Shown here: positions 1 to 7,137 of the stretch, in pieces
Numbering within the stretch: the first letter of the stretch is position 1
Layout: each line of letters opens with the position of its first letter
Assembly: GCA_023380755.1 (NCBI GenBank)
Contig: JAMCSD010000006.1
Coordinates: forward strand, 39,841 to 103,840
Direction: 5' to 3'
From: Patescibacteria group bacterium
Lineage (GTDB): Bacteria; Patescibacteriota; Microgenomatia; UBA12405
Length of the DNA: 64,000 bases
Made by a program: the position numbers and the translations under genes
Notes under the pieces: model-generated
What the model was told of the DNA's origin: nothing
Database searches by the model: none
What the model saw: the letters and a program-made list of their open reading frames with translations, nothing else

Positions 1-279
1 TAAATCAATGTGCAGCAAATTTCCTTCCAGGGGGTCATATTGGGGATTCTTAAATAGGATCGGCCACGTTTCTCCGTCCAGCATCAAATCTACCAAGGCT
101 GATTCGCCGGAAGCGGCAAATACTTTTTCTGTTTCTTTGGCTGGTAATTGCACCGATAGGGAAGTCATTCCCTTGCCATAAATACTCGCCGGGACCAATC
201 CTTCCTTTCGTAATTGGCGGACCTTTTTTCCGGTAATTGTACGCTTTTCAGCTTTTAAGCTTTCTCTTTTGTGAACCAT
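1..279 (-). CDS. rplY: 50S ribosomal protein L25/Ctc, N-terminal part (gene continues past window start)
   Basis: Edge-truncated, so absent from the ORF track. The reverse complement from ATG (279-277) reads MVHKRESLKAEKRTITGKKVRQLRKEGLVPASIYGKGMTSLSVQL...NLLHIDL, matching the remembered L25 N-terminal pattern (R..GK..R.LR..G.vPa.iYG...HiD). Confidence 0.75.
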   Translation of the reverse strand, partial: MVHKRESLKAEKRTITGKKVRQLRKEGLVPASIYGKGMTSLSVQLPAKETEKVFAASGESALVDLMLDGETWPILFKNPQYDPLEGNLLHIDL

Positions 280-393
280 AACTTTTCCTTCGGGCCGTTA
301 CGCCCTCGGGTTGCCGTAACTCTAGTGTAGGCACCCTCAATGAGTAAACTCAAGTATCCTACCACACAAATTTTATCCCGACAATAGCCACTA

Positions 394-966
394 TTATTTC
401 ACCGGAAACCGTCTGAGGATTTCATGGTGTTGGCCTTCGCTGTTTGGCTTTTTCCCGTACAGTGCCACCTCATTGATCTCGAAATTCCATCTCACTTCTC
501 CTAACGCTTTCGTTAATTCTGGCCGCTTTTCCAGAAACTCGGTTCTGGCCTCTAATGTCCGAATCCGCCCCACGGTTAAGTGAGGGTGGAAAGGCAGGTT
601 TCTTTCTTCCGTATAATATGTCCCCAGGCCTTTAACTAATTGTGCGTTAAAACTAAGAAGTTGTGGCGGATATTGTACATCTAAAAATAACACCCGCGCC
701 TCTTGCCCTCCAAATGTGTCCGCCCCGCCCACGGTCACTGTCACCGTTCGCAATATGGGTGCCGCTTCCGCAATTATCTTCATTATTTCCGGGATCTTTT
801 CATTTTCCTGTACGTCCAAATAATATCCGGTAATATGTGGCGTTTTCGGGTACACTGTTTCCACTTTTGGGGTGATCAGCTTCACTCGCTCTACTAAGTC
901 CTCAAATGCCGCTTGGAATTCTTCTGGCAGGGGAATCCCCACAAAACATGACGTATATTTTTCCAT
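394..966 (-). CDS. thpR: 2H phosphoesterase family, RNA 2',3'-cyclic phosphodiesterase / 2'-5' RNA ligase (ThpR/LigT-like)
   Basis: 190 aa with the two H-x-T/S motifs of the 2H superfamily (TPHITGYY and HPHLTVGR) at typical spacing. Confidence 0.75.
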   Translation of the reverse strand: MEKYTSCFVGIPLPEEFQAAFEDLVERVKLITPKVETVYPKTPHITGYYLDVQENEKIPEIMKIIAEAAPILRTVTVTVGGADTFGGQEARVLFLDVQYPPQLLSFNAQLVKGLGTYYTEERNLPFHPHLTVGRIRTLEARTEFLEKRPELTKALGEVRWNFEINEVALYGKKPNSEGQHHEILRRFPVK

Positions 967-1101
967 TTTCCTATTTTAATCCTAAATATAATCAATTCCC
1001 ATTGACCCCCGTTTTCTCTTTCAGTAAAATTAATAGAAGTCCGCTATGAGATCAGAACCTTAACACAGAGATCCGGTATTTGTCCGCAGGGGGTAATCAC
1101 C

Positions 1102-1338
1102 ATGAGTCAGGCGTTCCCGGTCGCTGCTTATCACCAACTTCACCTTAGCTTAGATCAGGAGTTACAAATAACTGAAAAATATACTCTCGCTCTCGCCGCT
1201 GTTGACGATTTTCTTGATTCTGCTGGTGTGGCCACTGCCCTTGATGAGCTGGCCGCCACTCCCGGTGGAGTCGCCGCTTTAGCCCACTTGCTCCTCCAAA
1301 TCAACCCAGAAAAACCCCTCCCCTCATCTGATGTCTAA
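1102..1338 (+). CDS. hypothetical small protein (78 aa)
   Basis: ORF track only; no motif recognised. Confidence 0.3.
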   Translation: MSQAFPVAAYHQLHLSLDQELQITEKYTLALAAVDDFLDSAGVATALDELAATPGGVAALAHLLLQINPEKPLPSSDV

Positions 1339-1460
1339 CCCACCCGCTCGGCCGTGACTGGGCTCAATCCTTTTGAGCCCAGAGTTAAAAAGAAATTTAC
1401 CTTCGAGGTCGCCTCGTTGTCCATTAATTTCTTTTTTATCTCTCTCTGTGTTAAGTCAAA

Positions 1461-1524
1461 CTTGGTAGGTGCACTAGGATTCGGACCTAGGACCCCTCCG
1501 ATGTCCATCGGAGTGCTCTAACCT
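1461..1524 (-). pseudogene. tRNA 3'-half fragment: T-arm, acceptor 3' strand and CCA identical to tRNA-Ile(UAU), joined to a non-canonical hairpin
   Basis: 1461-1496 is identical (36/36) to 1681-1716, the 3' part of the complete tRNA. It continues as GGTTAGAGCACTCCGATGGACATCGGAGGGGTCC (minus strand), a 7-bp stem with a 4-nt loop. No 5' acceptor strand or 5' D-stem strand is present upstream. Confidence 0.5.
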
Positions 1525-1682
1525 ACGAGTTTACAAAAACCATCCTCAATAATTTTCTCAATGATTTCCCGCGATTTTAACCTTTTCAATTTATATTCTA
1601 TCTTTCTGGATGTTTTTAAATCAGAACATCTGTAATACTTACCCAATTACCACTCCAAAGAAAATAAATATAACCAATCACT

Positions 1683-1759
1683 TGGTAGGTGCACTAGGAT
1701 TCGGACCTAGGACCCCCGACTTATAAGATCGGTGCTCTAACCAGCTGAGCTATGCACCC
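1683..1759 (-). tRNA. tRNA-Ile, anticodon UAU, CCA encoded
   Basis: Hand-folded cloverleaf on the minus strand: GGGTGCA TA GCTC AGCTGGTTA GAGC A CCGAT CTTATAA GTCGG GGGTC CTAGG TCCGAAT CCTAG TGCACCT A CCA. The 7-nt anticodon loop CTTATAA gives anticodon TAT. Confidence 0.8.
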
Positions 1760-1790
1760 AAGTTATTAATTATCGCCTTTGGTTTGTTTA

Positions 1791-1826
1791 AGGACCCCTC
1801 CGATGTCCATCGGAGTGCTCTAACCT
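1791..1826 (-). repeat. 36-nt direct repeat of 1489-1524 (variable region, odd hairpin and D-loop fragment)
   Basis: aggacccctccgatgtccatcggagtgctctaacct occurs identically at 1489-1524 and 1791-1826, flanking the intact tRNA-Ile. Confidence 0.8.
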
Positions 1827-1932
1827 CAGCCATAGGCTGATCGGCCTTTGGCCGAAGTTTATTCCTATTACTCACGAATTATACCAATTAATCTTCAGGA
1901 TTATCGTCACCTTGCTCCGCCGTAATTGTTTG

Positions 1933-2006
1933 TAGCAGAGGCGGGGATCGAACCCGCGACCTTGGCGTTATGAATGCCACGCTCTAACCAACTGAGCTAC
2001 CCTGCC
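1933..2006 (-). tRNA. tRNA with CAU anticodon (elongator Met most likely; Ile2/lysidine type not excluded), no encoded CCA
   Basis: Minus strand reads GGCAGGG TA GCTC AGTTGGTTA GAGC G TGGCA TTCATAA CGCCA AGGTC GCGGG TTCGATC CCCGC CTCTGCT A. It lacks the initiator hallmarks (no 1:72 mismatch, no GGG/CCC in the anticodon stem). Confidence 0.75.
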
Positions 2007-2106
2007 ATAATTTAAAAACGGTCCAATTAGACTCTAGATAGCTCCCTTGGACCAACTGTGGGGTTTACCCCCATCCCGGATGGTTTTGTTTCAAAACCCA
2101 TCGGGA

Positions 2107-2118
2107 AGCTACCCTGCC
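2107..2118 (-). repeat. 12-nt copy of the 5' end of the adjacent tRNA(CAU) gene
   Basis: agctaccctgcc occurs at 1995-2006 (the tRNA 5' end, antisense) and again at 2107-2118, about 100 nt away. Confidence 0.5.
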
Positions 2119-2409
2119 GAAATCACGCTAATTATAACAAAATGCTTTTTACTAAAACCAACACTGATCTCCAGCTACTTAGAAATTGCCGGGCTATTGC
2201 GCCCAAAAACCGACCTATAATAATTGACTTTCACCCATTTTATTGGTAAACTCCTTCACTTTTGCCTCTAGGCCACTCTTTAACAACTCTTGTAGAGAGT
2301 TATTTCTTCAAAAAAGCAATTTGCTAATCGTTTGCCGGTTCGTCAAATTCTTTTGTGAAGTAATCGTCTCTCTACAAAAACTCACATCAGTCTCTTTGGG
2401 GGTAATAAA

Positions 2410-3135
2410 ATGGCTTTGCGAAATCTCTGTAATCCTCGGATCTCGGTCATAATTCCAACCAAGAATGAAAGCGAAAACCTTTGTCATGTCTTACCATTTA
2501 TTAATCCGGAATACGAAGTTATCATTGTTGACTGTTCCACCGACACTACCACCAAAACAGCCCGTATCTTACGACCAAACATCATCATCATTCCTCAACA
2601 AGGGCAGGGGAAAGGGTCAGCTCTCAAGCAAGGCTTTGCAGTTGCCACTGGCGACATCATCGTTATGATGGACGCTGACGGCAGTACTGCCCCGAACGAG
2701 ATCGATCTTTTTCTTCAAGCACTGCTCAATGGCGCGGACTTTGCCAAAGGCTCGCGCTATTTGGCCAAAGCTGGCTCTCAGGACTTCACCTTCTTTCGTT
2801 GGTTAGGCAACAGCCTCTTTACCTTATTGGTCAGAATCCTTTTTAATGTCAGCTTTACAGACTTGTGCTATGGTTACAATGCTTTTTGGGCTGACACCTT
2901 GCCGGTTTACAACTTTGCTGATAATTATGGTAATGGCTTCGAAATCGAAACCATTATCAACCTGCGGGCCCTTGTTGGGGGACTCTCGATTCAAGAGGTT
3001 CCCTCTTTGGAACTTTCTCGTCAACATGGTCGCAGTCATCTGCGCGCCATTCCCGACGGCCTCCGTGTCCTGAAAGTCATCCTTAACGAATATCTTCTCT
3101 CCCTGACAATGCGTCATTCATTAGCTTATTCGTGA
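2410..3135 (+). CDS. family 2 glycosyltransferase (dolichyl/polyprenyl-phosphate sugar transferase-like)
   Basis: 241 aa; ISVIIPTKNESENL N-terminus, IIVDCSTD, and MMDADGS (DxD) as in GT-A/GT2 enzymes. Confidence 0.8.
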   Translation: MALRNLCNPRISVIIPTKNESENLCHVLPFINPEYEVIIVDCSTDTTTKTARILRPNIIIIPQQGQGKGSALKQGFAVATGDIIVMMDADGSTAPNEIDLFLQALLNGADFAKGSRYLAKAGSQDFTFFRWLGNSLFTLLVRILFNVSFTDLCYGYNAFWADTLPVYNFADNYGNGFEIETIINLRALVGGLSIQEVPSLELSRQHGRSHLRAIPDGLRVLKVILNEYLLSLTMRHSLAYS

Positions 3136-3149
3136 GTTTTGGAGACGAT

Positions 3150-3193
3150 ACCGAGAAGTGTTTCTTAAAAAGACCTTCTCGGTTCGTTTTTTA
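3150..3193 (+). terminator. rho-independent terminator after the GT2 gene
   Basis: 9-bp stem accgagaag/cttctcggt (3150-3158 / 3175-3183) followed by tcgtttttta. Confidence 0.6.
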
Positions 3194-3383
3194 TGTGTCC
3201 AAGCCATTGGGCCCATAAAAGACGAAAAATAGTATAATTGGCTGTTACCGTCACCTACCCCCGTACTCTAAAAGGAGAAGTTTATAGGATCTCAAAATTC
3301 TGTCTAGCTAATCTTCACCCAAACCTTTAGAGGCCGAAAATTGCACTTTAATAAAAGTTGTCATCGTCAGTGATTATGTCATC

Positions 3384-4121
3384 ATGAAAACAGCCCTTAA
3401 GCCGGTTGTTGTTCGTGCTGACTATCTAGAGTTAAAGGAGACTCATATGACTAGCGTACAAAGACCCCCCGTCAGTAACCTTGGCGAGCCTTATCTTAGC
3501 GCCGGTGTTGCCGATGCGCGCACTGCCCGGGTGATCAGCACCAAGTTCACCACCCACGCCGAGGTCGCCGATCTTCCCGTAACCAAACTCCGTTGGCTTT
3601 TGGGCAATCTTCACGTTGACGCCCAAGAAGTGGCCCGCATCCACGAATATGCGATGAGTCATCGCAACGAGGCTCCGCCTCCCTTCGAGGCTCCGCCCCC
3701 GCCCCAAAAGCGTAAATATACCCAACGTCGCCCCCGCCCCAAGCCGATCAGTCGGGCTCAGGAATTGGTTAACCAGATTGTCGCCCTCCGTGGGGAAAAG
3801 ACCTTCATCAAGGTCAATGCCCTAATGGAACTGCGTCGCCTCCTGATGGACCTTCAGGCCGAAAAACCGGATTGGACCAAGCTTCAGTGGAAGGGGGTTG
3901 ATGTTGGCCTTCTCGTTGCCATCCGCTTGCTTATCGGGGAGCCGCTTCCCGAAGATCTCGCCCAGGCCATGCTCCCTACCGGCATGACCCACAAGGATCG
4001 CGCCAATGCCTTCCTCCTGCTGTGCACCACCAACAAGGGTTTACTTCAGCCGCCGCCGAAGGCCTCGATCAATTCGCTTCAGGAAGCCATCGTCTACCTC
4101 AACAATCATCCGGACGAATAG
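3384..4121 (+). CDS. hypothetical protein with a proline-rich central segment
   Basis: 245-aa ORF (an alternative start at MTSVQ, 3447, is possible); no motif recognised. Confidence 0.5.
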   Translation: MKTALKPVVVRADYLELKETHMTSVQRPPVSNLGEPYLSAGVADARTARVISTKFTTHAEVADLPVTKLRWLLGNLHVDAQEVARIHEYAMSHRNEAPPPFEAPPPPQKRKYTQRRPRPKPISRAQELVNQIVALRGEKTFIKVNALMELRRLLMDLQAEKPDWTKLQWKGVDVGLLVAIRLLIGEPLPEDLAQAMLPTGMTHKDRANAFLLLCTTNKGLLQPPPKASINSLQEAIVYLNNHPDE

Positions 4122-4136
4122 TTCCCGGAACTCCTT

Positions 4137-4172
4137 GCCGAAGCAGACATTTTGTCTGGTGTCTGCTTCGGC
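4137..4172 (+). terminator. terminator-like hairpin after 3384..4121
   Basis: 12-bp perfect stem gccgaagcagac/gtctgcttcggc. The T-tract is weak, so the assignment is tentative. Confidence 0.4.
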
Positions 4173-4205
4173 GTACCTTTGAGTAGTAGGCTCTACTATT
4201 GAAAG

Positions 4206-4236
4206 GTAATAAAAATCCCCCGCAACGGCGGGGGAT
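4206..4236 (-). terminator. rho-independent terminator downstream of the tRNA(CAU) gene
   Basis: 9-bp GC-rich stem (atcccccgc/gcgggggat, 4215-4236) followed on the minus strand by TTTTTATT; it begins 8 nt after the tRNA 3' end. Confidence 0.65.
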
Positions 4237-4243
4237 TACTATG

Positions 4244-4313
4244 TTGCGGGGCCAGGAGTTGAACCTGGCCTGTGAGATTATGAGCCTCACGTGCAGCCGT
4301 ACACTACCCCGCA
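4244..4313 (-). tRNA. tRNA with CAU anticodon (Met or Ile2 type), no encoded CCA
   Basis: Minus strand reads TGCGGGG TA GTGT ACGGCT GCAC G TGAGG CTCATAA TCTCA CAGG CCAGG TTCAACT CCTGG CCCCGCA A. The acceptor stem is perfect and the anticodon loop is CTCATAA. Confidence 0.75.
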
Positions 4314-4343
4314 TGTCGGTCTAAGGATGAATTTTACCACAAT

Positions 4344-4709
4344 TTAAGGTTTCCCCACAAAGAAGTTCCACCATTCCTTCCAATGGGGAAGGCTGTTTTC
4401 CTTTTCCGCTTGAGGGTAAACACTGGAAAGATCGCTTTGCTTTGGTAGCAATAACCAATAATCTTCTTTGTTCCCCAGTCCCAATAGTATTCGCCACGCC
4501 CGTTGTTGATATTCTCCGCTTTGCGCGTAAGCCACTTCCGCTTGCAATCTGGCCTTCTCCTTTTCCAGCTGGTCTAGCTCAGCCCCCTGCTGGCTGACGA
4601 TGTTCTGAACCCGAAATAAGGTTAGTATCTGGTTGGCACTATTGCTGACATTCGCTATAATAACAAAAATCAAAAAAATAAAGAGAAGCCATTGTTCCAC
4701 TGATTTCAT
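4344..4709 (-). CDS. septum formation initiator family protein (FtsB/DivIC-like)
   Basis: 121 aa; N-terminal TM helix followed by a coiled coil (QQGAELDQLEKEKARLQAEVAY..) and a LGLGNKED-type tail, typical of FtsB/DivIC. Confidence 0.6.
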   Translation of the reverse strand: MKSVEQWLLFIFLIFVIIANVSNSANQILTLFRVQNIVSQQGAELDQLEKEKARLQAEVAYAQSGEYQQRAWRILLGLGNKEDYWLLLPKQSDLSSVYPQAEKENSLPHWKEWWNFFVGKP

Positions 4710-4787
4710 GGCCTGCTCCTTGGAAAGTTGAAAAATATCCTACTTTGTGCTATTATAAGACTCATTAGAACTTACTAATTGTTTAAT

Positions 4788-5657
4788 ATGGCTGATTTAA
4801 GCTTTGAATCTGCTATCAACCTCTTCGTCAAAGCCCTTCAAAAGAAGGGTAAGTCGACTAACACCATTGTAGCTTACAAAGGTGACCTAAACCAATTGGC
4901 TACCTTTTTAAACCAATCGGCCGGGGTGACGGATATTACCGCCGTCCAATCAGCTCATATCGAAGATTTTAAGAAGGATCTTTTAAAGAATAACTATACT
5001 GCTAAATCTATTTCCCGCAAGCTCAACTCCATCAAAAATTTCTTTAATTTCCTCAAAACTGAAGGTGTCATTGAAAATGATCCCTCAGCTAAAGTCGCCC
5101 ATCCTAAGTACGAAAACGAGTTACCCAAAATCTTAAAGCCGATTGAGTACCGCTCTCTGCGTGATGCCTGCCGCAACGATAGCCGGGCCACCGCCATTGT
5201 CGAACTCATGCTTCAAGCCGGGCTCCGCATCAAAGAAATTGAAAACCTCAAGATGGAAAACGTCGGCGAATCCGAAGTTACCGTCGAATCTTATGAAAGC
5301 CATCCCACCCGGATCGTTCCTCTCAATAATTCCGCCAAGACTGCTCTCAAAAAATATCTTGACGAAGGCCGCTTTCAAACTAATTCCAAGAACGTTTTCG
5401 TTACCAAAACCGGCCGCCATCTTTTAGCCCGTAATATTCGCAGTTTGCTCAACCGTTATTTCCGTAAAGCCGACATTAAAGATGTAAAGGTTAATGACCT
5501 GCGCAATACCTTTATTGTTTACCAGCTTAAGTCCGGCGTTCCCATTGATGTCGTTTCCAAGATTGTCGGCCATAAACGTATTTCCACCACCGAAAAATAC
5601 CTCGAATTAATCGATACCAAAGAGGAATCCAAAGGTATCAAGCTTAAAGAGCTATAA
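4788..5657 (+). CDS. tyrosine site-specific recombinase, XerC/XerD family
   Basis: The SAM-like N-domain is followed by the catalytic residues AGLRIKE (Arg), GHKRISTTEKY (His-x-x-Arg ... Tyr). The track starts at TTG 4779; ATG 4788 is preferred. Confidence 0.85.
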   Translation: MADLSFESAINLFVKALQKKGKSTNTIVAYKGDLNQLATFLNQSAGVTDITAVQSAHIEDFKKDLLKNNYTAKSISRKLNSIKNFFNFLKTEGVIENDPSAKVAHPKYENELPKILKPIEYRSLRDACRNDSRATAIVELMLQAGLRIKEIENLKMENVGESEVTVESYESHPTRIVPLNNSAKTALKKYLDEGRFQTNSKNVFVTKTGRHLLARNIRSLLNRYFRKADIKDVKVNDLRNTFIVYQLKSGVPIDVVSKIVGHKRISTTEKYLELIDTKEESKGIKLKEL

Positions 5658-5877
5658 TTGGAAAGATTATGCCTTCGCCCGCCGAAACTGAACGTTCTTC
5701 CCAGGCCTTAATGGTTAAGCAGAACGAACGCCAAACCCTAACCCTGCTCAAAAAAGTTCTCCTGCTTTTAACTGGTCCCGTCGATGACGATACCTTAATC
5801 TTAAGTCCGCCCCCGCTGACCCCCACCACTTTGCCTGATTACCGCCCCCCAATTGAATTACCTCACGAGAATTAGAC

Positions 5878-6546
5878 CTACCTTTCCCGAATCCGATTCC
5901 TGCCCCACAATGCCCGCTCAATTGCCTTGATTAAGTTCAGCATTAATAAGGCCGCAATAATGCCTCCCAGCACATCCGTCAGCGTCCAGGTCTCCACCGC
6001 GGTCAACCGCCAGCTCGGATTGCCGGTCGCCAGGATCAGGAGGTTCATCAAAATTAGGCCGATTCTGATTTCTGTCCCCCCATATCTTTCAATGGCCAGT
6101 TCAAACACTCCGGTCACGCTGGCTTTAAGATACGAGTGGATCATCAAGAGGAGGAACAGCACCAGTACCCACACCCAAGTTGACTGGTTGGTAATATCCG
6201 AAAAATTAATTCCAAAAACTATAATCACCACCGAAATGGCATCCAGTATATGATCCAGGTAATGCCCATACAATGGCCGGTTTTCTCCTCGTAGTCGGGC
6301 CGTTCGTCCGTCCAGGCTGTCTCCAAACCAATGTATGAATATCCCCACTCCGGCGACCGTCAGCCACCATAAGCTTTGCCCGGCTAAAATGTACGCCAGA
6401 CTGGCCAAAATCGCCCCGCATAGGGCTAAAAACGATAATTGGTCGGCCGTTACCGATTGATAAAGTTTGGCTGCCAGAATATCCAGGATCTTTTTTTCTA
6501 TTCGATACGTAATCGCCTGATGTTTTCGGACCAATTCCGCTGCCAC
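5878..6546 (-). CDS. CDP-alcohol phosphatidyltransferase family membrane protein
   Basis: GDSLDGRTARLRGENRPLYGHYLDHILD matches D-G-x2-A-R-x(8+)-G-x3-D-x3-D; the protein is multi-TM. Confidence 0.8.
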   Translation of the reverse strand: MAAELVRKHQAITYRIEKKILDILAAKLYQSVTADQLSFLALCGAILASLAYILAGQSLWWLTVAGVGIFIHWFGDSLDGRTARLRGENRPLYGHYLDHILDAISVVIIVFGINFSDITNQSTWVWVLVLFLLLMIHSYLKASVTGVFELAIERYGGTEIRIGLILMNLLILATGNPSWRLTAVETWTLTDVLGGIIAALLMLNLIKAIERALWGRNRIRER

Positions 6547-6552
6547 GCTTTA

Positions 6553-7137
6553 TTATAGCCCCGGCTTACTGGGGTTATAAGTTTTGGTTATGTTCAAAAC
6601 TCCTTCCCAGCTTTCAACAGCAAACCCCCGGCTGACAAAATTCCGCACGAACCGGCTTTGTGCCGCCTGGTTGGTCGTCACCCGTCTTTGGGCGGCTACC
6701 CCTTGCTGGTCCGCATACAGCTGGCACAAAGCATCTTCGTAAGGTCCGACAATTCCCGATAAGTTGCGGATAGCCGGTTTCCCTTTTACCCCAGCCGAGG
6801 CGTTAAAGTATACCCCGGCAATCACCGCCTCTTTTCCTTTGGTCTCCGCCGGCATCACCAATCCCAGCCGGCACTCGCTGTCCACCACTTCCTGCCCGGC
6901 CCCATCGACCACCACCACATCGGTCAATAAATAACCTTCGGTATTCTTGTTCCTTATTTGTAGGTGATAAGGGCTGCCATGAAGCGGTTCCGGCCTCAAA
7001 TCCTGTATTTTCCCATCCTGAAAAATCTCGGGGTTAATCTCCGCTTTCTTTTGTTGGCCCGAATTTAGGTAATCACTGCTAATTAGGGGTTCAATTGGCT
7101 TAAAACTAGCGGTCGGTTGTGGTTCTTGGTTAATCAT
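6553..7137 (-). CDS. hypothetical protein, last gene of the ATPase operon
   Basis: 194-aa ORF that abuts the upstream ATPase gene with a 0-nt gap; no motif recognised. Confidence 0.5.
   Translation of the reverse strand: MINQEPQPTASFKPIEPLISSDYLNSGQQKKAEINPEIFQDGKIQDLRPEPLHGSPYHLQIRNKNTEGYLLTDVVVVDGAGQEVVDSECRLGLVMPAETKGKEAVIAGVYFNASAGVKGKPAIRNLSGIVGPYEDALCQLYADQQGVAAQRRVTTNQAAQSRFVRNFVSRGFAVESWEGVLNITKTYNPSKPGL

Noticed and set aside
1059-1455. Perfect 13-bp inverted repeat (cttaacacagaga at 1059-1071, tctctgtgttaag at 1443-1455) flanking ORF 1102..1338, suggesting a MITE or invertible segment.
   Set aside because: By rough expectation, a 13-bp inverted repeat within about 400 nt is not clearly beyond chance in 64 kb. 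No target-site duplication or transposase is present.
2058-2452. ORFs 2058..2249 and 2243..2452 between the tRNA cluster and the GT2 gene.
   Set aside because: They are short and lie in a region full of tRNA-fragment repeats and promoter-like AT-rich sequence. No motif is present, and the second overlaps the GT2 start.
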